Positions 1 to 9,767 of a DNA stretch of 64,000 nucleotides are shown one piece after another (within the stretch, counting starts at the first letter, position 1; the number at the start of each line of letters is the position of its first letter). The notes under the pieces are model-generated. The model ran no database searches. It worked only from the letters and a program-made list of their open reading frames with translations, and was not told the DNA's origin. The DNA lies in the NCBI GenBank assembly GCA_963674945.2, contig CAXXWQ010000004.1:2400001-2464000 (forward strand), read 5' to 3'. Origin of the DNA: an uncultured Desulfosarcina sp. (GTDB lineage Bacteria > Desulfobacterota > Desulfobacteria > Desulfobacterales > Desulfosarcinaceae). Made by a program: the position numbers and the translations under genes.

Positions 1-261
1 TTCACGATCCTCTGGACGCAAAAAAGGGCTAATTATCAATCTGAAATTGAACCGCGAGTTATTAATAAAAGCTGCAAGACCTGGAGCTAACGTAGATAGC
101 GCTTCACTGGAAAAAAATCCCATCATACAGTCAGCTTTTTCAGACATTCGAAACGTCGGTATAAGAACTTCTTCTGAGAACGGGTCAGTTGGCAAGAAAT
201 ATATTGGCTGGATGCCTTTTAGTGAGTGAAAATCTGCGTCTTTGTCTTTGCCGGAAAGCAT
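1..261 (-). CDS. N-terminus (runs off the window) of a PbeA-like PLD-fold/SF2 helicase associated with phosphorothioation loci
   Basis: Not in the ORF track. Hand translation from ATG 261: MLSGKDKDADFHSLKGIQPIYFLPTDPFSEEVLIPTFRMSEKADCMMGFFSSEALSTLAPGLAAFINNSRFNFRLIISPFLRPEDRE, open to the edge. The GFFSSxAL..LA.GL..F....RLIISP.L..ED pattern matches that family's N-terminus. Starts 25 nt after the sspD stop. Confidence 0.65.
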   Translation of the reverse strand, partial: MLSGKDKDADFHSLKGIQPIYFLPTDPFSEEVLIPTFRMSEKADCMMGFFSSEALSTLAPGLAAFINNSRFNFRLIISPFLRPEDRE

Positions 262-286
262 AGCTTATCGTTTTTATAGCATATAA

Positions 287-1084
287 TTATAAATTGCAGA
301 CAAAACAGAAACCTTCATTCTCCTCATCAAGCACTGAGTCAAAGATTTCAATAAGAGGACGATTGGGTTGATTTTTCTTTCTTAGTTTCATCATTCTTTT
401 GTGGTCAGATATTATTTTATCCTTCCTATTTATGAGCTGTCGTAATGATTCTTCCTGATTCCAATAATATTTTCTGCCATCAGAATGTTCCTGCTCATAT
501 TTGACGGCTTCTTCAAATAGATCCCGATGGGTCTCATATAATCTTACCCACTCGATTTTTCGCTGGAAAAAACAGAAAAAACACCCTGATCTCGAACGCC
601 AGCTGTAATAATCGGGCATCCCAATTCCGCTCTCTTCGATTATTTTTAATATATCCTTTTTTACAAGACCATCTCTCATAAAAGGGAATATCGGCATTAT
701 ATTGGGTTTAGTTGAGATATAACCTGCACGATTTTCATCTGCTCTGATAGCTATATAGCTGACCGCTTCATCATCACCAATAAATTTCTCTAAGGGTTCA
801 ATCTTGAGCATTTTGGTGCACCATCGCGATTGATGATTTGGTAAAAAACCATCATAGATGTCTAGCCAATGATCAAATCCCCTCTTAGCTTCAAGCCTAA
901 CTATCCTTTTTCCTAATAAAATCTCTAGTTTATCTATATATTCGTAGGTTTCTGGCAGTTCCTTGTGTGTGTCACAAAAAAAATATTCAATATTTGGGAT
1001 CTTCTCCTTAAGATATAACGCCAAGGCGGTACTATCTTTTCCGCCTGAAAGACCAAGAATGTGCCGCACTTTCTTATCAGACAA
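287..1084 (-). CDS. sspD: PAPS-reductase-family phosphorothioation enzyme (SspD-like)
   Basis: SGGKDS PP-loop, SRWCT, RSGCFFC and C-terminal CFVC motifs; overlaps the upstream ATPase gene. Confidence 0.85.
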   Translation of the reverse strand: MSDKKVRHILGLSGGKDSTALALYLKEKIPNIEYFFCDTHKELPETYEYIDKLEILLGKRIVRLEAKRGFDHWLDIYDGFLPNHQSRWCTKMLKIEPLEKFIGDDEAVSYIAIRADENRAGYISTKPNIMPIFPFMRDGLVKKDILKIIEESGIGMPDYYSWRSRSGCFFCFFQRKIEWVRLYETHRDLFEEAVKYEQEHSDGRKYYWNQEESLRQLINRKDKIISDHKRMMKLRKKNQPNRPLIEIFDSVLDEENEGFCFVCNL

Positions 1085-4000
1085 TCTTTCTCTCCTTTTT
1101 CAGATCTTGCGTCTGCACGTTCTCACCACGTTTGTGAAATATTTTTTCAATCAATGCGGCTGTTACAGCTTGCTTTAAAGTTGTATCATCATCTAGATCA
1201 TAACTCTCGATAATCTTATCAGCAATCTGTTCGATATTTATCTGCTTGTCTCGGTCAATCCAAAGCATCTGGTGAATCTCCTTACCATCAGGATATGTAA
1301 TAGTTATTCTCCTTGCATCGATCCCTTCACTCGGAATTGCAATTTCCTTTTGTAATGCCTCAAGATTCGTAAATCTTCGTGCTATATCGCTCAACTTCGT
1401 TTCGAACACCACAACATCTTCATCTGTCCATGATTTCGGTGCCTTATTCATTATTATCAACAAGATTGATTCAAGCCAAGATCTATTGTCCAGTCCGTCA
1501 TTGGCTGCTGTAAGGATAAAACTTTTCATACGAGGTTCTATTACATGCGATGATAAATTCATCGCCCTGTACTTCAAATTATCCCGAAACTCTGCTGAAT
1601 CAATCCTAATAGCAAACGAATTTTTTATCAATTTCTCACAGTGCCCAAGCATATCATCATAAGCCGCTTGCAAAGAACTAAGGGATAAGGCCAGCTTTTT
1701 TCGGAATTTTTTTACAAGATTTTTATCCTGATCTTCATTGCTGCCGATGGGTGGAAGATCGCAAGCTCTTGGCAGCGCTGTAAACAGTAGTTCATCTGGT
1801 TCCTTGGCCTCAAGAAGAGCCTCCCTGACGGCCTTAGCATCTCTAGATATCCTGTTTTTCGTTGATATGGTGAACTTAGGCAGCCTTTTTGCAAATCCGA
1901 CAAGTGGTTTGACAATACTTAAAATCGTCTTGTTTCTGAGGGAGTTGTCTTCTTTTAATTTATCAGAAGATAGAATCTTACCAAGCTCTTGGAAAATTTC
2001 AGCTCTCAGACCTGATACTTCAAAATATTTTACTGAGAACCTAGTCGGCTTTTTTACGAGCAATTCAAGGTGCTCCACCCCAAGAACGGGTATGAATGTT
2101 CCATCAAGATAAACGCTAACATATTCATTGTGGTACATCAGAACTGAAAGGAGTATAACTGGAATGATTCCTTGCTTTGTTCCATATGGTGGTTTTTCAA
2201 GCATATTATATAGTTGGCTTATATTCTTTGGTTCCTTACTGGCTCCTTTACAAAAATTTTCAACAGCCATCCATATGTGATAGACCCCTTCATCATTTGC
2301 TGGTGGCTTTGAATATATCCAGTCATCTCCCGATGCTACATACAGTCCTGCCTGGATTAGAACAGATTCGAACATACTATATTCAGGTCCGTTCCCAATA
2401 ATACCAAGTCTTTGCTTTCCAGCATTTTCAAGCATCGCAGTCATGAGCTTGTTTCGTGCGGATGCACCTTGAGATGTAAGCTCTCTTCTATTTATCAGCT
2501 CATTCCATAGACACGGGCCTTTATCGTAAATTGAATCACAAATGTGTGACAGGTAGGCTTGGAAATCTGCCCAGTCGCTAAATTTAATCTTATCGCTAAT
2601 ATCATAGAAGTCCACATTCCCAAAAGCTATATCAAATGCCTTTGACAAAGCATCATTCAACAGTCTTTGTGCATAAATAATTCTATGTCCAACCTCCCTC
2701 CGCGCTACACCATCTGTCTGCAGCTGTGATGCATTTTTCAGAACATTATTTAATATCACGTATTCATTACAGGCTATCCGCAAAGTATTTAGCTCAGATG
2801 CGCAGATGATAATGACTGGTTTGCCACTAATCGTCTTACGAGGTATTGTATTAAGTTTTTTTAGATCTCGTTTATTTCCTACCCAATAGCATATTAGCCC
2901 GTCACTATCTGGATATTTACATTCCAGCGACTCAAAGCATTCTTTTCTATCGTAATATAGCCTCTCAAAATATCTTAAAGTCCCGGACTGATAGCTGTGT
3001 TTCTGAACGATAAGTGGCTTAATAGGAGCGTATTCATTGAGCAGATCAGCTAAAGATATATTGATGACCTCAGCTTGCTCTGAAAGTTCTCTTTCTATAT
3101 CAAAGTCCGAACCTTCCCATATTCGAAGTTCATCTATCCGTTTTCGCCATATGATAAATCCTTTATCCAACAGTTCTTGTATTATTTTATCCCAATGTTT
3201 GATTTCATCTTCGTTGCCCGGCTCATTGCACATTGCAAGTGCAATGGTTTTTCTTGAAGCTCTCAACGAACCCGTAGTTGATACGAGGTTAAGAAGCCCG
3301 ATCGTTTTTAAAACAAAAAGGACATCAGGATCGAGGCTGCTGGCATCAGACAGGCGCGATTGAATCTCTATCCACTTCTGAAAGTGTGGTCTCGATGAAA
3401 TCGACATTCCAGCTGATTCTACGAAATAATCATATACTTTGTGTAACTTGAATGTCGGAAGCTCATTATCTCTGTAGTTTGTTTGTTTTAGGAATATTGA
3501 AAAAGAATCAGGCTCACCGCTTGCAAGAAATGTAAAGAGGGTTCGATCATTCTGGGAGAATTTTGTGCAAAGTATCGGCAAAACTATGGCGGAAAGCGGA
3601 TGCAGAGGGAAAATAGACGCAACGTCGCTAAAGGAAAAATAATTAGAAATTTCTGTATCTGATAATGTTGACTGCCACTTCTTTGTCCATCTATTCACAG
3701 ACGAACTAAATGAGCTGTTATTGGATCCATCTATTGCCTCACCGATCAGCCGGACCATCTGATCTGCCGTTTCGATGAAAGGTATATCTTCAAACCTACC
3801 CTGAATTTTTGCCCATTCGTTCCTCTGAGCTGAAGCCACTCCATGGGCGTAATCGATGAATGCTTGGTGCAAAAGGCCGAAAACTGACACATTGTATCCG
3901 TCTCGGTTTGACGGCATTTCAGCAATCTGCTGAAGTAGGTAGAGATCATCCAATGATTGGTTTTGTGCAGAAAACTCCAGGTTCTTACCAAGTTCATCGA

Positions 4001-4586
4001 TAACAAGCAATATTCCTGCTTTTGATGATTGTGCTAATGACTGTATTACCTCCAACAAGTATTTGTTATCAATGAAATTCCCTTTCTGTGATTCCAAATA
4101 AAGATCATTCAAATCATCTATCGCATTAGGCCGTCGCCCCCTTGCATTCTGCCAATATAATTCGACGCCACGTCTAAGCGCTCTAACAACGGTCCTAATA
4201 ATTGGCTCTCTTTGAGCTGTTGCAATGGCCCTTATTAGGCCTGATTCTGGCAGCCTCTTTTTTATTTGCCGCTGCAAGGAATTTGATTTTTCAGACTGTT
4301 TAAGGATTTTTATTGCGCTTTGAAATATATCACTGTCCCGAGGTGAACAGAGTGCAGTTAGGAAGTTAGCGAATGCTGATTTCCCTGTTCCATATGAACC
4401 TGTAAGTGTCCAAGCTCGAACGGAATTGTCAAAGGTAAAAGATCTCAGGAACCTTTCAACGCTGTCAACAGCCCTTGATGTTGGAATATAACCAAGCAAG
4501 CTATCTGGAATTCCAAAATCTCGTTCAAGGTTGACTGATCTTAAATACCTCCTCTTTACGGTAACAAATTCCGACAGGACCGGCAT
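1077..4586 (-). CDS. sspC: Large P-loop ATPase (SspC/BrxC-like)
   Basis: RSVNLERD N-terminus, Walker A GSYGTGKS, Walker B LLVIDE; 1169 aa between the DUF4007 and PAPS reductase genes. Confidence 0.85.
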   Translation of the reverse strand: MPVLSEFVTVKRRYLRSVNLERDFGIPDSLLGYIPTSRAVDSVERFLRSFTFDNSVRAWTLTGSYGTGKSAFANFLTALCSPRDSDIFQSAIKILKQSEKSNSLQRQIKKRLPESGLIRAIATAQREPIIRTVVRALRRGVELYWQNARGRRPNAIDDLNDLYLESQKGNFIDNKYLLEVIQSLAQSSKAGILLVIDELGKNLEFSAQNQSLDDLYLLQQIAEMPSNRDGYNVSVFGLLHQAFIDYAHGVASAQRNEWAKIQGRFEDIPFIETADQMVRLIGEAIDGSNNSSFSSSVNRWTKKWQSTLSDTEISNYFSFSDVASIFPLHPLSAIVLPILCTKFSQNDRTLFTFLASGEPDSFSIFLKQTNYRDNELPTFKLHKVYDYFVESAGMSISSRPHFQKWIEIQSRLSDASSLDPDVLFVLKTIGLLNLVSTTGSLRASRKTIALAMCNEPGNEDEIKHWDKIIQELLDKGFIIWRKRIDELRIWEGSDFDIERELSEQAEVINISLADLLNEYAPIKPLIVQKHSYQSGTLRYFERLYYDRKECFESLECKYPDSDGLICYWVGNKRDLKKLNTIPRKTISGKPVIIICASELNTLRIACNEYVILNNVLKNASQLQTDGVARREVGHRIIYAQRLLNDALSKAFDIAFGNVDFYDISDKIKFSDWADFQAYLSHICDSIYDKGPCLWNELINRRELTSQGASARNKLMTAMLENAGKQRLGIIGNGPEYSMFESVLIQAGLYVASGDDWIYSKPPANDEGVYHIWMAVENFCKGASKEPKNISQLYNMLEKPPYGTKQGIIPVILLSVLMYHNEYVSVYLDGTFIPVLGVEHLELLVKKPTRFSVKYFEVSGLRAEIFQELGKILSSDKLKEDNSLRNKTILSIVKPLVGFAKRLPKFTISTKNRISRDAKAVREALLEAKEPDELLFTALPRACDLPPIGSNEDQDKNLVKKFRKKLALSLSSLQAAYDDMLGHCEKLIKNSFAIRIDSAEFRDNLKYRAMNLSSHVIEPRMKSFILTAANDGLDNRSWLESILLIIMNKAPKSWTDEDVVVFETKLSDIARRFTNLEALQKEIAIPSEGIDARRITITYPDGKEIHQMLWIDRDKQINIEQIADKIIESYDLDDDTTLKQAVTAALIEKIFHKRGENVQTQDLKKERKIV

Positions 4587-4587
4587 A

Positions 4588-5511
4588 TCAATTCCTTTTC
4601 TTGTAATAACCGTTTAAAATTCTTTTTGATATTTTTAAGGGATTATTATCGTAAGCGAATTGGACCATCCCTGCAGTATCTGTCAGGTTAATGTCCTTTG
4701 CCTTCACAGAGATCGTTTCAATAGCACTACTTAGTGAGCTTTCAGTTAATTTGAAAACCTGACCGGGGCTTCCCGCATCATAAAGAAGTCTTGATATTGA
4801 AATCGTTCTCGCATCGTCCTTAAATGTTGATGAGAATTCAAGGCATGCTGAAACGATAATTTCGGGTGGTAAGGATGGCTTGTCACCGAAATTGAAAGTA
4901 AACTTTTTCGAGTCTGTATATGCATTGATGATTCCTAAGTCAGTGAACGGACAATCAAGTGATTCCTCTTTTAGGTTCTGACGCCCAGCTTTTTCAACAT
5001 ACATTCTAAGAAGGCAATTTACGTCCTTATTGAGAGATGAATCGAGGATTCTTTTGCTTGGGAATTTCCTGTCCCTGTATTCTTTTAACGAATAGAGTAG
5101 GTCATCTGCAGAAAAATCGATTTTATTCAGCTCATTGAATGTGAAAAACCAAGCTGGAGAATAGCATGGCATTTTGAACAGGTTCCAGTGAAGTAGCCAA
5201 AGTGATGACGGATTCTCAAGAAATGGGTCCCAACCATTTTCACCGAGCAGGTTTTCAGCAAATTCGGTTGGTTTGTGTATAAACTTTCCGTTGACCTTGG
5301 ACTCATGGACTACCTTAAATGTAATGCACCAGTATTTAATGGCTTTGACCATATTTTTACCGACACCTAATGTGGTGGGCGCAGACTCTTTGGAAAATAT
5401 GGAATTATCATCACTCGCCTTATCAAAGCCTTTTTTCAGCCATCCGAATCTTGGATGAAAGGTCTCGTGGCGCGCAAAAATGGGGTGAAAGGTCGTATCC
5501 TGTCCCATCAT
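4588..5511 (-). CDS. sspB: DUF4007 family protein (SspB-like)
   Basis: FARHETFHPRFGWLKKG...LGVGKNMVKAIKYW...DPFLE...LWLLHW signature. Confidence 0.88.
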   Translation of the reverse strand: MMGQDTTFHPIFARHETFHPRFGWLKKGFDKASDDNSIFSKESAPTTLGVGKNMVKAIKYWCITFKVVHESKVNGKFIHKPTEFAENLLGENGWDPFLENPSSLWLLHWNLFKMPCYSPAWFFTFNELNKIDFSADDLLYSLKEYRDRKFPSKRILDSSLNKDVNCLLRMYVEKAGRQNLKEESLDCPFTDLGIINAYTDSKKFTFNFGDKPSLPPEIIVSACLEFSSTFKDDARTISISRLLYDAGSPGQVFKLTESSLSSAIETISVKAKDINLTDTAGMVQFAYDNNPLKISKRILNGYYKKRN

Positions 5512-5584
5512 TCCTTCCTCGCCTCATTGGCTAATATGAAATTTTCTTTTGAACAAATCTATAGCAGATTTTAACAATAAAAAC

Positions 5585-5691
5585 CACATCATATTGTGCA
5601 TACTGCGATTGCCTTCAACATATGTTGTGGTCAAAATATTCCACCGAAATATTAGTACTTTAATGGACTTTTTGACAAATCATATATTGTG
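5585..5691. promoter_or_regulatory. Three NrdR-box-like operators upstream of sspB
   Basis: CAC-ATCATATT-GTG (5585), CAA-CATATGTT-GTG (5616), AAT-CATATATT-GTG (5678); starts 31 and 62 bp apart. Confidence 0.4.
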
Positions 5692-5754
5692 GGTTTGTCA
5701 GATCCGGTCACAATTCCCTGAAAATTTATGATCTTTTAAATTTTTTATGCTTTG

Positions 5755-6558
5755 TCACAGCCAATCGTCCAATGTGTACGACTTTGGCCTATATGCAATC
5801 AGCCGCACCGGATTTGTTACATTTTCTCGCCATTTTTCAATAATTTTGATTGCTTGTCTGTAATCTAAGACGGTGTTCCAGTCGATGATCCCCTCACCAG
5901 GTGCGATTAGCCACGGCATGTATATGTAGCCGTTGACTGTGCACATCTTGACCATGTTGAGGTTGATATCCTGGGCGAATAGTCTCAGGCTGAAATTGGA
6001 TGCGGCCAGGAGCATCGATCCGGTGCCGGCGCATTGGTCGGCTACGGTCTTGGTCTTGTCAGCGGTTGTCATCTGTATTTGGGCCATCATAGTGCAGACG
6101 TTCATCGGTGTCGGAAAATATCCGTTGCTTGACATCCTCGCGAGTTCGCATGATCCCCAAGCCATATAGTCTGCCGGTGCCTGTATCATCAGCCCAAGGT
6201 TAAACGTCGTGTAGAGCCGCCAGCTTGTGTCTTCGTTTATCCGTGGCGGGAACTCACCCACCAGGTCAGATCCAAATCCCCACAGAAGCCAGTCAACAAA
6301 CGCGCACCATGCGTCATGTGCGCTGTATCCGCTTGATTGGATTGTCTTGATGCAGTCGCTTAGGTTTTTTGTGGCGGTGTTTCTGGGGCGCGATTCAAAC
6401 TCAATCTGCGGGATTGGTTCGTTGAGCGGCTTTCTGGCATCGAGTGTCCGCAGCCAATAGTCCCACCTTTTCGAAAACATGTCATCCAGTGCAATCAGAT
6501 ATGGTCTGAGCCACCCTTTTGGCAGCGGGTGTGTGAATCTACTTTTTGATTTTTCCAT
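5755..6558 (-). CDS. N6-DNA-methyltransferase-like SAM-binding protein without an obvious catalytic motif IV
   Basis: GYFPTP (motif X), DQCAGTGSML (motif I), AQDIN (motif II); no NPPY/F-like motif. Confidence 0.7.
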   Translation of the reverse strand: MEKSKSRFTHPLPKGWLRPYLIALDDMFSKRWDYWLRTLDARKPLNEPIPQIEFESRPRNTATKNLSDCIKTIQSSGYSAHDAWCAFVDWLLWGFGSDLVGEFPPRINEDTSWRLYTTFNLGLMIQAPADYMAWGSCELARMSSNGYFPTPMNVCTMMAQIQMTTADKTKTVADQCAGTGSMLLAASNFSLRLFAQDINLNMVKMCTVNGYIYMPWLIAPGEGIIDWNTVLDYRQAIKIIEKWRENVTNPVRLIAYRPKSYTLDDWL

Positions 6559-6559
6559 T

Positions 6560-6591
6560 GAACATCACCTTCGCTAGATCAGGTGATGTTC
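6560..6591 (-). promoter_or_regulatory. Perfect 11-bp hairpin covering the SD of the MTase-like gene
   Basis: GAACATCACCT-N10-AGGTGATGTTC ending 1 nt before ATG 6558. Confidence 0.6.
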
Positions 6592-6702
6592 GAGTCGATA
6601 GTGCTATCATAACTAGCTGAAAATGTGAAAATATCTAGCTTCCTTCTTCAGAAATCATCATATATATTTGGGTTTAAACCAATCAAAAAAAGGAGGGGCC
6701 AG

Positions 6703-7059
6703 ATGACACAGCGCATTCAGTACAATAGTCAGATCGAATATTCCAGAATTCTTGATGGAAACCACGCCAGGAAAAGACGCCTTTCACAAACTGAGTGCGA
6801 GCGTATCCTGATAGATGCCGGTGCCTCATACGAACAGGCAAAAAACGGTGCGTATGTATACATCCATCATGGTGATAACCTTAGGGCCAAATTTAGGGCT
6901 ACTCAGAGCGGGTATAATGAGGTTCTGGACGAGTTCGATGCAAAAAACAAAAGGCCAGCCGATTGTATCAGGTTTTTGGAGAAAATTGGATGCAGCTACG
7001 GTCAGGCAAAAAGTGCTGTATACAAATATAGGCTGGAAAGAGGGCTTGTTAAAAGATAA
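6703..7059 (+). CDS. Hypothetical basic protein with an internal duplication
   Basis: SD AGGAGG before ATG 6703; repeats CERILIDAGASYEQAKNGAYVY / CIRFLEKIGCSYGQAKSAVYKY. Confidence 0.7.
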   Translation: MTQRIQYNSQIEYSRILDGNHARKRRLSQTECERILIDAGASYEQAKNGAYVYIHHGDNLRAKFRATQSGYNEVLDEFDAKNKRPADCIRFLEKIGCSYGQAKSAVYKYRLERGLVKR

Positions 7060-7293
7060 CCTATTGACAAGTTTAGTAATACTTGCAAAAATTAAACTTT
7101 CCATCTCACAAACCTGATTTATGACAATTGGGCTACCAATTACAAAGTTGGTGATGAGGTCCGTAAAGTGCCTGGCTTTACGCGAAATGAACGCATCAAT
7201 GTATCTGAAAACCTGCACGTGATCATCAGGTTATCGCTCGAAGCCGGTTAGGATAAATCGGTGTCAGAATAAAATAATCACTTGAGGTTTAAA

Positions 7294-7581
7294 ATGGTCG
7301 AAAAACATCAAGGTGCTGTTGATCTGAAAAATAATTTCAATTCGGCGCATGAATGGCTTCGAACCAATGGAGAGGTTGATCTGAAGACATCCCATGATAC
7401 GCCTTTTTCAGCTAAAGCCGATACCACAAATAGCGGCGACCACTCAGGGGAACCGGTAATCAGGTTTTTTCAACGTGGTAAGGAATTCGGTCGATCATAT
7501 CAATGTTGTTGGGGGCATTACTACAACTGCAACCGTACACGCATTGGAATGTACTGTGAGGCTTTGGATCGCGTAATATAG
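7294..7581 (+). CDS. Small Cys/His-containing hypothetical protein
   Basis: GAGG SD before ATG 7294; C-terminal CCWGHYYNC...C. Confidence 0.6.
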   Translation: MVEKHQGAVDLKNNFNSAHEWLRTNGEVDLKTSHDTPFSAKADTTNSGDHSGEPVIRFFQRGKEFGRSYQCCWGHYYNCNRTRIGMYCEALDRVI

Positions 7582-7760
7582 TCATTGCCCTCATTGTATT
7601 CATAAAGAGTTGATAAATGGAATTCAAACCAGTCACTTGTAAAAAACGTCTAAGCTGAGACCAAGACTATGATTGATTGTCTTAAAATCTTCTGGGCTAA
7701 AAATACCAGAGGTGAGGCGATTTTCCATCAATAATTTAGGTTTATCGCGAGGAGTCTAAA

Positions 7761-8525
7761 ATGGAAAAGCAAAAGGTGTTGATCATCGGATCAGGGATAT
7801 CACTTGTTCTCATTTTCGTTTTAGGCTATTTGCAGAGTGTCGATTCAAAGTTCCTTAATCTTCCTTCGCACTGGATAGCAGTCGCAGTCATACCCGTCTT
7901 GATCTCACTTTTTGTTGGAGGATTCATAAAACGCTTCAAGGGTTTCGGTGTGGAGTTGGAGGCTGATTTGCAGAAACCTGTGGCATCACTGGGCTTGACT
8001 GCAGCAGATGCGGTCGAATCAGTTGAAGGAGATGAAAAAAAGACTCACGAAGAATTAGAAAAACTATCACCTAAGGAAAAACTTTCAATTAGAAGGCTCA
8101 TATTTAAATCTGACCGGAAAAATTATTATGAACCTTATTCAATCGGGATGTATATTTCGAGATTACCAAATCTTGAATATTTTGAGGTTCAAAATAAATC
8201 TGGAGCTATAATATGTCTCATACCAAAATCTACGTTTGTAGAGACCACTCTAGAGCCACCATATATTAAAATAGATTCCAATAAATTAGGTATGTTTGTG
8301 CAGGCTATCGAGAATGATGAAGTTCCAGGTACTTTCGTGGACTCAGCTATTACTTTGAAAGTTAGTAATGATCAAAGTTTAGTTAATGTCCTAAAAAGAA
8401 TGCGAATTGAAAATGTTGAGTTTGCTCCAGTGATAGGTGCTAAAGAAAATTATTTGGGTGTAGTCTTTGCCAAGGATATTGAGAGAAAAATCGCTGATTC
8501 TGTATTGGCAAATACGGATACGTGA
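7761..8525 (+). CDS. Two-TM membrane protein with a C-terminal CBS-like domain
   Basis: Two hydrophobic N-terminal helices; C-terminal VSNDQSLVNVLKRM...FAPVI....YLGVV..KDI is CBS-like; SD GAGGAG. Confidence 0.7.
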   Translation: MEKQKVLIIGSGISLVLIFVLGYLQSVDSKFLNLPSHWIAVAVIPVLISLFVGGFIKRFKGFGVELEADLQKPVASLGLTAADAVESVEGDEKKTHEELEKLSPKEKLSIRRLIFKSDRKNYYEPYSIGMYISRLPNLEYFEVQNKSGAIICLIPKSTFVETTLEPPYIKIDSNKLGMFVQAIENDEVPGTFVDSAITLKVSNDQSLVNVLKRMRIENVEFAPVIGAKENYLGVVFAKDIERKIADSVLANTDT

Positions 8526-9353
8526 GACGGACGTGATGACTTTTTCTGCCATCCTGTCTCTAACTGTATTAATGTGTTACGGCCACCCTTCTTTCATGTT
8601 TTCCAAAATGAGTTGGAATTGAGTATGAAGGAAGTGTGCCGCACTTGTTGCCCATAATAATGGAAATTAAACTGTCTGCAACTCTCTAAATTTCTTGCCA
8701 GGATCAATTAAGTTTTCCAACATTTCATCTGTTTCAGCTCTGATAAGGCTCAGAGCCTCTTCGATCCTCGCTTTATTTGCATCATGTTTGAGGTTGAAGA
8801 GGTCAATTTTTTCCAATGAATACATAACAAGAGCCATAACAACTGTTGAAAGAATAGATGCAGCTATGATTGATAGGGGTTCACTTATTCCAAACTTATT
8901 GAGCATTGCCTCTATTCCAATACCCACCAAGGCACTTGAAGAAAAAGCCACAATCTTTAGGATGGCATCACCTTTTTCAGCGGCACTTTTAGTTTTATCA
9001 TTAAGGACTGGGATTGCTTTGATAAAAATCCTTACTCCTTCGCTTACGGCTCGTGCGATGTGCTTAAATATTCCGACGAAGCATTGAAGAATACCTTCAA
9101 TGAGCATGCTAAAAAACGAAATTATGAGATTTTGAATTCCACCTTGGAACATGCCCTTTACGTTCTTCTCAACATATACACGCATGCGTTTTGTGCGTTT
9201 TTTTAGAGCATGCTTAAAGTCTGAGGCGTTTACGCCATTCTCAATTCCGTTTGTGAGGCAGTCTCTTAATTCGTGTGTTTTCGGCAAGCGTGCATGAAAT
9301 CCGCTGAGAGATGGGATATTATCGGTTGACCCCAATAATAAGGAGGCCCGCCG

Positions 9354-9767
9354 ATGAATGACGATATCCAAGATGTTTCTATAATCGCTCCCAGCCTTGA
9401 GCAAGTTCAACAGCGGTTTGAATCCTGGCGAAAGCTGCGAAAGAAACGCACCCGAATTCCCCAAAACCTTTGGCAGGCAGCGGTCGCGCTATCAGAAGAG
9501 TACTCCATCTACCACCTGTCAAAGGCCCTGCGTGTAAACTACACGACGTTAAAGAAAAAAGTTGCCGGTACTCACTTGCCGGAAGAACACCCGTGCGAGA
9601 TTTTCTCCACACCCTTTATAGAATTGCCGGCTCCGGCACCCCTTCTACCTGAATCCACCATCGAAATGATCAAAACGAACGGTTCGGTCATGAGAATGAA
9701 TGTAAAAGGAGCCACCTGTTCCGATCTGGTGGAACTGGGAAAAGCATTTTTGGCTATGGCTTCATGA
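9354..9767 (+). CDS. tnpA: IS66 accessory HTH protein (TnpA position)
   Basis: RIPQNLWQAAVAL...LSKALRVNYTTLK HTH; first ORF of the element, overlapping tnpB. Confidence 0.75.
   Translation: MNDDIQDVSIIAPSLEQVQQRFESWRKLRKKRTRIPQNLWQAAVALSEEYSIYHLSKALRVNYTTLKKKVAGTHLPEEHPCEIFSTPFIELPAPAPLLPESTIEMIKTNGSVMRMNVKGATCSDLVELGKAFLAMAS

Noticed and set aside
287..5511. BREX type 4 or sulfate-assimilation cysH
   Set aside because: No pglZ/brxL or cys genes in the window; the order fits sspBCD. The left flank is unseen, so BREX is not fully excluded.
8667..9464. Independent 265-aa gene as called in the ORF track
   Set aside because: Its first ~64 codons are IS66 antisense sequence; the rest is the tail of the gene starting at 13785.
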